IMG/VR virus record: IMGVR_UViG_2636416120_000006
Span: 1-64,000 of that record
DNA from: a virus
Lineage: Duplodnaviria; Caudoviricetes
Length of the DNA: 64,000 nucleotides
Direction: 5' to 3' (one strand)
In this document: positions 55,960 to 63,558 of the stretch, one piece after another
How the letters are laid out: the number at the start of each line of letters is the position of its first letter
Position numbering within the stretch: the first letter of the stretch is position 1
Notes under the pieces: generated by a model
What the model saw: the letters and a program-made list of their open reading frames with translations, nothing else
Databases searched by the model: none
What the model was told of the DNA's origin: nothing
Position numbers and translations under genes: made by a program

Positions 55960-56314
55960 GCTAGCATGAATACTAGTACCTGAAATTCTGAAAATTTTCC
56001 CGAGGCATTTCCGACATCATCGCCCCAGGCCGTCCCTTTCCCGGCCAGAAAAGGGCACCACCCTACGCGCGCGTTCCTTCCCTCTCGCGGGAAAAGAGAA
56101 CAAATAAGGAACATCTGCTAACTATCTGTATTCACTCACTTCTTGTTAGGAATATGTACTTATTGAGTTTATCGTCCGAAACGCGCTTGATGAAACTCCC
56201 TTCGGGGACCGGGCAGACCACCGCCGCAAGAGACCTTCGGGGCTCAACGCCACAGGTGCGACCGGAAACCGGAAACCCGGCCGAAACGGCCGCTAGACAC
56301 GGAAAGGCAAGACA

Positions 56315-57100
56315 ATGGCGCAGACGATTGCAGAACGGGCCGCGAAGGCGAAGGAAGCGGCCGACAAGGCGAAGGCGAAGGCCGACGCGCTGGACCGGCA
56401 GGCGGCGGAAGCCGCAGCCGACAAGAGGATCGACACTTTCGCGGCCGTCATGGACGTGGCCACGGCTTCGTTCACCGGTTCCCGCCGGTCACAGGTGCTG
56501 GCATGCACCGCGATCGGTTTCGCGATCGTGGCAACCGCCGCCGGATGGGTCGACGGAAAGTCGGTCGGTCTGGTCGAGGCGGTGGAACGGGCCCGGGCGT
56601 ACATCACCGGTCAGGACAAGGCCGAGATGTCCGGCACCGACAAGGCGACGTTCAAGCGTGCGAAGGCCGTCGCCAGCCGCGTTGTGAAGGCGGACGCGAC
56701 ATTCCGTGCCACCCTGGCACAGTCGGCCAGCGTGCAGGACGGCATGGCGTTGCTCATGACGTCGCTGGACGCCGAGCACCCCGCCCGCCATATCGCCACG
56801 GTCGCGGACCTGGATGGTGTGCTGTTCCCGGCGAAGGCGGCGAAGGCGCCGGAGTCGCCGTGGGTCCGCCTCGCGAAAGCGATGGTCACCCGCGTCGAGA
56901 AGCTGGCCGAAGACGGCGGGCCGTCGGGGGAGGAATTGGCCGACCTGGAAACGGCCCTGTCCACCCTGATCGACAATGTCGATCCCGGCATCATCGATCG
57001 TATCGTGGCGCGGCGCGCGGCGACCGTGGCGCAAGGCGACGCGGAGCGTCTGGCCGCGGAACTTGACGCCGAAGACGAGGAACAGCGTCAGGCCGCCTGA
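56315..57100 (+). CDS. Ala-rich hypothetical protein (probable first early gene)
   Basis: 261 aa, strong codon bias, AAGG SD. Confidence 0.8.
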   Translation: MAQTIAERAAKAKEAADKAKAKADALDRQAAEAAADKRIDTFAAVMDVATASFTGSRRSQVLACTAIGFAIVATAAGWVDGKSVGLVEAVERARAYITGQDKAEMSGTDKATFKRAKAVASRVVKADATFRATLAQSASVQDGMALLMTSLDAEHPARHIATVADLDGVLFPAKAAKAPESPWVRLAKAMVTRVEKLAEDGGPSGEELADLETALSTLIDNVDPGIIDRIVARRAATVAQGDAERLAAELDAEDEEQRQAA

Positions 57101-57189
57101 CCCGCGCCCGTCCACACCCACACTCACGACCCCGCCCGGCTTCCGGGCGGGGCCGGAGGCGTTCACCCGTTCGCGCAGGGAGGCGTGCG

Positions 57190-57396
57190 ATGTTCTCTGA
57201 CTGGTGCAGCAACCCGAAGGCCGGGCATGGCCAATTGATGCGCGCCGGCATGCAAATTCGGGAACAGCGGCGGGCCGATGCGGTGGTCCGGTCGCACAAC
57301 CGAAGAATTTTCTTCAACGCGGACAAGCCCGGCACGCGCTGGGAACCGCCGGTGACCGCCGACACGCGGCGCCGCAAGGTGTGGTCCGCGACCTGA
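57190..57396 (+). CDS. hypothetical protein
   Basis: GGAGG SD, 68 aa. Confidence 0.6.
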   Translation: MFSDWCSNPKAGHGQLMRAGMQIREQRRADAVVRSHNRRIFFNADKPGTRWEPPVTADTRRRKVWSAT

Positions 57397-57599
57397 AAGG
57401 AGGTGAGCTAGGTTCTCTAGGCGACTCTTATTACCCACCGCCCCGTCGCGAGCTAGACCGACGGGGCCTGCCCAAGGCTTGACATGAACACGCGTGGTTT
57501 ACCCCGGCTGGTCGCTCCAGCCGGGGTTTTCGCGTTGCCATCCAGGCCCAGAGTGCCGCTCTGGGCCTGGATGGCAATACGATTCCCGAGGAGGAACCA

Positions 57600-57677
57600 A
57601 TGTATGTGATCGCTTATGGAATGGTGATGCTGACCCTCGCGCTCGGAGTGATCATGTCGCTTCTGGTGGTGGGTTAG
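57600..57677 (+). CDS. 25-aa hydrophobic peptide
   Basis: GAGGAGG SD within the hairpin motif; MYVIAYGMVMLTLALGVIMSLLVVG. Confidence 0.55.
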   Translation: MYVIAYGMVMLTLALGVIMSLLVVG

Positions 57678-57987
57678 TGGGAGAGGGTGAGGACCCCGAA
57701 CCCGAGATACCAGCGAGAATGAGCGGCAGACGGAGAGGACCCCGAATTTGGGTCGAACCGCACGGGGTTGTGAGAAGTGGACGTGATTCCGGGTGGGGGT
57801 GGCCAAGCGGTTGAAATCGCTTGGCTTTTTTGGGCCTTGAATTTACTTCCTTCCCCTCTAGTGACTATTTTCTATACGTTTAAACGTCTAGGTAGGTATA
57901 TATAAAGTATAGAAAAAGAGGTTAGAAATATGGAAACAACGTGTTAGGAGGACGGGAAGTAAACATTGATGATCCTGAGGCGTGAGA

Positions 57988-58686
57988 ATGCCTGAATTAA
58001 TGCCCCATGACGCCCCCCTGGTCAAGACCAAACGTGGTCGACCAAAACTCCCTATTATCAACAGGTTGCTGAAGTGCCTCGAAATCCCTAACTACGACGT
58101 CGAGCACCTGCTCCGTCCCCGCCCAGATTGGCCTTTGGGCCTCGAGGACACCGACTGGCTATGGGTCGGCCCTGTCGAGAAGTCCGGGCTCAAGAAGCGC
58201 CGGACCTTCAACCAGTATGAGGAGTTGGTCACCTACGTGGGTGGTCGGTTCAAGCGCGAGCAATTCTACATCGACGGCACCTACCGCGCCGCGTCACGCG
58301 TGCTCTACGAGCAGTTCGTCGGCCCCATCCCCGCCCACCTCGCCATCCGGCGCATCAAGTATCACGGGCACGATGCCGACTGCATCAACCCCTTCTGCAT
58401 GAAGCTGCGCCCTCGGTCTCTGCTCGCCGAGCTGCAGCGGGAGATCGTTCAGGCCCACGACCTGGATGAGGACGGAGTCCCCGTCTTCTCCGACGAGGAA
58501 CTCGCCGAGGAAACCGCCGAGGAGCTGGTCTCCTACTGGAACTCGTTCACCCCGGACCAGTTCTCCGCGTGGTTGACGAACCGCCTCCGACCCAGCGACA
58601 TCCCCGAGCATCACGCCGCCCTCGCCCACATCCAGGACCGGGACCTCATCCAGGCCGTGGAACGCATCCTGAGGAACATCCGATGA
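57988..58686 (+). CDS. protein with degenerate HNH-like domain
   Basis: WLWVG, AASRVLYEQFVGPIP, CINP; N-terminal KRGRPK. Confidence 0.7.
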   Translation: MPELMPHDAPLVKTKRGRPKLPIINRLLKCLEIPNYDVEHLLRPRPDWPLGLEDTDWLWVGPVEKSGLKKRRTFNQYEELVTYVGGRFKREQFYIDGTYRAASRVLYEQFVGPIPAHLAIRRIKYHGHDADCINPFCMKLRPRSLLAELQREIVQAHDLDEDGVPVFSDEELAEETAEELVSYWNSFTPDQFSAWLTNRLRPSDIPEHHAALAHIQDRDLIQAVERILRNIR

Positions 58687-58895
58687 TCACCTACACCATG
58701 GGCGACGTCGACGCCGCCCTCCGCGCGATCTTCGGCCCGCACTACGACCCCCACGATCGCACCATCCACATGGACAGAGCCGCGGCCAGGTGTTTCGTCG
58801 AGCAGCGCCCCGAGGATCGCCACACCCAGGTTCTGCGCGCCGCCCTCACTCACCTCCGGAAGACCGGCGTCATCCTGCCTGAGGACGTGAGATGA
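58683..58895 (+). CDS. hypothetical protein
   Basis: ATGA-coupled ORF starting MITYTM. Confidence 0.65.
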   Translation: MITYTMGDVDAALRAIFGPHYDPHDRTIHMDRAAARCFVEQRPEDRHTQVLRAALTHLRKTGVILPEDVR

Positions 58896-59119
58896 CCATC
58901 AGAATCTCGTTCGATCAGCCCACCAAGGAAGAGGGCTTCGCCGAAGGTGGCTACTTCCACCCTGCGGGGGTGGCAATCGAATATGTCGGCAACGGCGAGT
59001 ACACCCTCAGGCCCACTTACAGCGACGGTAGGATAGCCTCCCACGGCACCATCATCCCCCGGAACGCCATCCCCGCCCTCATCCGGGCCCTGGAGGACGT
59101 CTGCGGCGACGCTGCGTGA
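58892..59119 (+). CDS. hypothetical protein
   Basis: ATGA-coupled 75-aa ORF. Confidence 0.65.
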   Translation: MTIRISFDQPTKEEGFAEGGYFHPAGVAIEYVGNGEYTLRPTYSDGRIASHGTIIPRNAIPALIRALEDVCGDAA

Positions 59120-59304
59120 CTCGCCGACCCTCCCCGCTACCTGCGTAGCCCAGCCGCCTCCCCCGCCCTCAGCGGGCTTCTAAACGCGATAGAGGCGCGC
59201 AAGCAGAAACACTATTGCCGAGGTTGATACCAACCACATTTGCACTCAACCCCGCCCCCGCCCACACTCCCCCCGAGACCACAACCCATCCCTGAGAGGG
59301 ACAA

Positions 59305-59646
59305 ATGCAAATCGCCAGCATCAGCGGCCTCGACAACGATGTGCTTCGTTTCTCCTTCACCAACGGTTCCACATTGGAACTGCGGGACACCGGTCAGTCG
59401 TGCTGCGAATCCCGCTACATGACCTGTGACGACGACCTCAAGCCCATCATCGGCGCCACCCTGCTCGGGTGGGAGATCCGCGACGTCACCTACGATGGTG
59501 ACGACTACGACGTTCACGAGATCCAGTTCCTGGTCGTGAACACCTCCCAGGGCTCCTTCACCGTCGCCAACCACAACGAGCACAACGGCTACTACGGCGG
59601 CTTCTCGATCGAGGAGCAGTGGACCCACCCTGCAACCCATCCCTGA
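59305..59646 (+). CDS. hypothetical protein
   Basis: 113 aa with QSCCE and NGYYGG; preceded by operator, promoter and RBS hairpin. Confidence 0.8.
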   Translation: MQIASISGLDNDVLRFSFTNGSTLELRDTGQSCCESRYMTCDDDLKPIIGATLLGWEIRDVTYDGDDYDVHEIQFLVVNTSQGSFTVANHNEHNGYYGGFSIEEQWTHPATHP

Positions 59647-59655
59647 GAGGGACAA

Positions 59656-60048
59656 ATGACCCAGCTGATCACCACCGCCCAGATCAAGGCGGCGAACCTG
59701 GCCGCCATCGAGAACCAGACTCTCGCGGCCATCAAGCCCAACTTCGACAACACCGGCCGGTGCAGCTACCTCGCCGGCTGCGCCATCAGTGTCGCCATGT
59801 CACCCGAGACCCTCTCGGTCATCCGCGAGGAGCGCTCCGACGGCGAGAACATTCGTGAGCTCGTTGATATGGGCGTCGTGTCCGTCGAGGACACCACGCT
59901 CGCCTACCGGCTGCAGGGCCTCCACGACAAGCTCGCCCTCAGCGGGTTCATCGACGACTGGACCATCGCGTGGTTCCGCGCCCTTGCCCCCTACGAGGGC
60001 CAGCGCATCACGATCGAGCACTACCGGTCCGTGATCGAGGCGCTCTGA
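59656..60048 (+). CDS. hypothetical protein
   Basis: RBS hairpin; CSY..GCAI...LQGLHD. Confidence 0.8.
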   Translation: MTQLITTAQIKAANLAAIENQTLAAIKPNFDNTGRCSYLAGCAISVAMSPETLSVIREERSDGENIRELVDMGVVSVEDTTLAYRLQGLHDKLALSGFIDDWTIAWFRALAPYEGQRITIEHYRSVIEAL

Positions 60049-60201
60049 ATGCGTGACACCCTCGACGACGCCATCAACCACGCCAAGGCCCATCCAGCGC
60101 CTTACACCTGGTACGTCTACGAGACGCCGTCGGGCAAATTCATCATCAGCGACTACCCGCCCACGTCCTGGCCCAGTTTCATACACAGGGCCACGATCTA
60201 A
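60049..60201 (+). CDS. hypothetical protein (50 aa)
   Basis: MRDTLDDAINHAKAH..., fills the gap between neighbours, GAGG upstream; read manually. Confidence 0.55.
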   Translation: MRDTLDDAINHAKAHPAPYTWYVYETPSGKFIISDYPPTSWPSFIHRATI

Positions 60202-60217
60202 TTCCCGCGAGGAACCA

Positions 60218-60583
60218 ATGACCCAGTTCAAGCACACTCCCGAAGAGGCCCGCACCAAGTGGGTCGAGGCCCTCCGCTCCGGCGAATACCAGCAGGGCAA
60301 GCACCAGCTGCGCGACGGCGACGGTTTCTGCTGCCTCGGCGTGGCCTGCGATCTGTTCGCCAAACTCGAGGGGATCGGCGAGTGGGACAACGGCCACTTC
60401 AAGATCCAGCACGAGCGCGAATTCGGCGTCCTGCTCACGCCCGTGCGCACCTGGCTCGGCCTCCAGAGCAACACCGGGGACATCAACCCGACCAAGTGCC
60501 TCACCTCCCTCAACGACCGCGGCTACTCCTTCGCGGAGCTCGCCGACGTGATCGAGGAGAAGCCGGGAGACCTGATCGCATGA
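60218..60583 (+). CDS. hypothetical phage protein
   Basis: KWVEALRSGEYQQG...FCCLGVACD...LND..SFAELADVIE; RBS hairpin. Confidence 0.85.
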   Translation: MTQFKHTPEEARTKWVEALRSGEYQQGKHQLRDGDGFCCLGVACDLFAKLEGIGEWDNGHFKIQHEREFGVLLTPVRTWLGLQSNTGDINPTKCLTSLNDRGYSFAELADVIEEKPGDLIA

Positions 60584-60792
60584 ACGCCCCCGAACACATC
60601 CCGATCTTCCAACACGACGCCGACATCAAGGCCGGCATCGTCAACATCTACGAGCCCGACAACCCCGACTTCACCCGGTGCCCGGGCACGGTGTTCGACA
60701 TGCGCTTCGACACCCCCGACGCCCTCTACCGGATCCGGATCATCCCCGGCGGCCGGAAGCGGACAAAGGCGGCCTATCATGCTCACTCGTGA
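60580..60792 (+). CDS. hypothetical protein
   Basis: ATGA-coupled, starts MNAPEH. Confidence 0.6.
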   Translation: MNAPEHIPIFQHDADIKAGIVNIYEPDNPDFTRCPGTVFDMRFDTPDALYRIRIIPGGRKRTKAAYHAHS

Positions 60793-61120
60793 TGATCTCA
60801 ACGCCGCACTCACCGCGGCTCGAGAGCTGCATCGAACCGAACCTCATGCAGCCAACCTTCCGCTCCATCAAGCGATGGTCGATGCGATCATCAAGCTCGG
60901 GGGAATACCCCCGGGCCGAGCAAACCCCGACGACATCCCCTCCAACTGCGTTATCGATATCGGCACCGAGTTCAACGGCAACGGCGGCGGTGACACCTTC
61001 GACACCATCGAGCAAGCGGCCCAGTTCGCGGCGCAGTGGATCCGCGGTCTCGACTGGTCCGACGTCGGTTCCGACGGGGATGTCCGACTCATCGTTGGAC
61101 TGAGGGATCGCGACGCATGA
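60779..61120 (+). CDS. hypothetical protein
   Basis: 113-aa ORF in the operon. Confidence 0.65.
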   Translation: MLTRDDLNAALTAARELHRTEPHAANLPLHQAMVDAIIKLGGIPPGRANPDDIPSNCVIDIGTEFNGNGGGDTFDTIEQAAQFAAQWIRGLDWSDVGSDGDVRLIVGLRDRDA

Positions 61121-61443
61121 CCGCCCCCACTCCCGACCAGATCAAGATCCTCGTCGGCGCCGTGCGCGAGATCCTCGATGATTTTCCCTACATCGGGGAG
61201 AAATTCGACCCTCTGAGAGAGGCCCTCAAGCCGTTCGAGGAGCCTGCCCCCACCCAGACACCCGTGCTCAAGACCTATCGGGTCGACGTCCGCCGGATGT
61301 ACTACTCGACCGCGACCATCGACGTCGAGGCACGGGACGAGCACGACGCCCGATATCAGGCGCTGCATATCATCGAACCCAACTGGCCCGAGCCGGACGT
61401 GTTCGGCGACGAGATCGACAGCATCACGGAGGTCACGCCGTGA
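61117..61443 (+). CDS. hypothetical protein
   Basis: ATGA-coupled, starts MTAPTP. Confidence 0.65.
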   Translation: MTAPTPDQIKILVGAVREILDDFPYIGEKFDPLREALKPFEEPAPTQTPVLKTYRVDVRRMYYSTATIDVEARDEHDARYQALHIIEPNWPEPDVFGDEIDSITEVTP

Positions 61444-61622
61444 ACATCCTCTACGCCCTCGTCCTCGTCACCCACCTCGGCGCCGGCCCCTCCACCGTCG
61501 AGGTCGTCGACACGGGCCTCACCTTCGAGGACTGCGTCCCGCACCTGACCTACCTCGCGCTCCCGGGGGACCAGTACGTGGTCACCGAGTGTGTGGTGGA
61601 TCGCCAGCCTTTCGCCGAGTAG
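61440..61622 (+). CDS. hypothetical protein
   Basis: GTGA-coupled 60 aa with hydrophobic N-terminus. Confidence 0.6.
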   Translation: MNILYALVLVTHLGAGPSTVEVVDTGLTFEDCVPHLTYLALPGDQYVVTECVVDRQPFAE

Positions 61623-61828
61623 GTCCTAGCCCTACTCCGGACCGGACCCCGGCGCAGGGGGTCGGTCGCCCCAACGACCTCGTCCGGCTCTGCCGCAAGC
61701 AGACATGGCGATGTACCACCTCCCCCGTCCGTTGCCCTGCGCCGGCGCGGATGGGACAACTGGGTATGAGCGAACACAGTGCCCCACCCAGGCTCACAAC
61801 CAGTGCCTGGGTGGGGCGGGAGAACAAC

Positions 61829-62056
61829 ATGTCGGACATCTTCGAGAAGCATCCCCGCCCTTGGCGTGTCACGGACGAGTATCGTCGGTGGTTCACCGAG
61901 AACATCCACAATGAGAACCCTCCAGCCATTGTGGATGCCGCCTACGTCGAAGACGCGCCCTACTGCATCGATCATGTCGTGGTCGATGCCACTGAGGGCT
62001 TGAGGCTGGATCTCGATGTTGCCGATCAGATCGTGAACTGGGCCAACACAAAATGA
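61829..62056 (+). CDS. hypothetical protein
   Basis: GGAG SD; HPRPWRV motif. Confidence 0.65.
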   Translation: MSDIFEKHPRPWRVTDEYRRWFTENIHNENPPAIVDAAYVEDAPYCIDHVVVDATEGLRLDLDVADQIVNWANTK

Positions 62057-62277
62057 AGCTCAAATATGAGGGCCGCGACATCAGCGTCCAGGAAGCAGTC
62101 GAGGAAGCTATCTCGCCTGGCCCGAGATACGAGGGTGATCCCCTCGAGTTCGAGGTCGAGCAGCTCACCAAGATGATGGGCCGGCTGCTCAACACCTTGC
62201 CGATCGCCGTCGCCCATCGGATCATCGACGATTACCGCATCCACCTGGTCGGGGACGACAATGCCACTTCGGGTTGA
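62053..62277 (+). CDS. hypothetical protein
   Basis: ATGA-coupled 74 aa. Confidence 0.6.
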   Translation: MKLKYEGRDISVQEAVEEAISPGPRYEGDPLEFEVEQLTKMMGRLLNTLPIAVAHRIIDDYRIHLVGDDNATSG

Positions 62278-62668
62278 ACTCCCGCGCGTGCTGCAACTCG
62301 CCGACCCCGTCCAGACACCACCCTGGTCAGGGTGTCACAGCCTCGACCCCGGCCTGCCCCGGATGCTGGCAGCGGATGGAGATTTGCTCGACCAGTTGGT
62401 CGAGCCCGGAGCCGCGACGTTGCAGGTTCACGCCCGTCGAATCGCCTGGTTCATCGTCAACGGATGGCACCAGCCGATCCACGTTGATGTCGGTGTCCCT
62501 TCCCTCGGCTTCACACCACGATGGCCGATCGAGGACGGCAACCACCGTCTCTATGCCGCGAAGCTCCGCGGCGACACCCACATTCTGGTGACGATCTCCG
62601 GTTCCGTTGACCTGGCAGCGGAGCTGTTCGGCGTCACTGCCGACGTGATCATCGAACAGGACCCCTAA
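62261..62668 (+). CDS. ParB/Srx N-terminal-like domain protein
   Basis: GW.QPI.V...IEDGNHRLYAA..G. Confidence 0.7.
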   Translation: MPLRVELPRVLQLADPVQTPPWSGCHSLDPGLPRMLAADGDLLDQLVEPGAATLQVHARRIAWFIVNGWHQPIHVDVGVPSLGFTPRWPIEDGNHRLYAAKLRGDTHILVTISGSVDLAAELFGVTADVIIEQDP

Positions 62669-62842
62669 GACCAGTCAAGTCCCCGCCCTGATCCACAACC
62701 TCACCCTGGGCGGGGTGTTGACTCGTCTCCCATCGCGACGACGCGGAACCACTCTCGAACAAACACGGGAGCCGCGGCGGGGACCGTCTGGGCAGTTTGA
62801 TGCCGGCGAACGCCGGTCAGCCCCACCAGCACGAGCCAACCA

Positions 62843-63280
62843 CTAGCGACCATCATACCAGCGCCAACCTTGCCACTGCTTCCAATACGGTGCATCAAAC
62901 CGTGGTCGGAGCTTGCCCAAGTAAACGTTCGCGTTGCACGACCCGCGCCCTCTAACTATTACGTCAGCCGGATCAAAGAGATCGGCGTGCTTGCGGATGA
63001 ACAGAGACAGATTCTTGAACCTATAGACGGTTCCATCTGGACTGAGCAGGGACCACTCACGAGCAGCGAAGTGTGTCTCGAAAGGACCTGCGATCGGCGA
63101 GCAGTGGACGGCCTCGAGACGCTTCTGATCGTTCGGAGTCGACACTCGTGAACGCCGTTTGAGCTCGTTTATGCAGGCACGACGCCCGCAGGTTTTCTTT
63201 GGGCGCGTCCAATGTTGGATAAACTGCACCTGCTTCCCACAAATCAAGCATGTCACGTCGAAGGTGTACTTCGTAGCCAT
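62843..63280 (-). CDS. zinc-finger / NUMOD-like hypothetical protein
   Basis: CLICG...CGRRAC, LLSPDGTVYRFKNLSLF, WQGW; opposite strand to neighbours. Confidence 0.6.
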   Translation of the reverse strand: MATKYTFDVTCLICGKQVQFIQHWTRPKKTCGRRACINELKRRSRVSTPNDQKRLEAVHCSPIAGPFETHFAAREWSLLSPDGTVYRFKNLSLFIRKHADLFDPADVIVRGRGSCNANVYLGKLRPRFDAPYWKQWQGWRWYDGR

Positions 63281-63338
63281 GCCCTAAATCTAGCACGAAC
63301 AACTTCGTGTTCGACAACCCCATTCCCGAGAGGAACCA

Positions 63339-63488
63339 ATGTCTCGCACCGAGCGCCGCACCCTGGCGCGGCGGCTGATCCGCCGTGCCCAGGTCCTGAA
63401 GGACCTCGCCCTCACCACCCGGAACCACACCCTCTTCAACGACGTCCGGGCCTTGCGCAACCAGGCCGCGAAAATTCTGGCCGGTTGA
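63339..63488 (+). CDS. 49-aa arginine-rich protein
   Basis: RBS hairpin then MSRTERRTLARRLIRRAQVLKDLAL..., read manually. Confidence 0.7.
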   Translation: MSRTERRTLARRLIRRAQVLKDLALTTRNHTLFNDVRALRNQAAKILAG

Positions 63489-63558
63489 TATCTACCCCGT
63501 TTGCCCCGTGGCCGGACTCCGGTCATCTTCCACTTCGACACATCCCTGAGAGGGACCA

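Noticed and set aside
56165-56200. hammerhead ribozyme (GAAAC...TGATGA)
   Set aside because: Core reads TTGATGA not CTGANGA and the stems cannot form a three-way junction; better explained as a simple hairpin
59285-59660. CRISPR array from repeated CCCATCCCTGAGAGGGACAAATG
   Set aside because: Copies are dispersed, each at a gene start, with genes rather than spacers between them
61640-61780. HDV-like ribozyme or cobalamin riboswitch
   Set aside because: Could not build P3/P1.1 or find a B12 box by eye; kept only as an unclassified structured RNA
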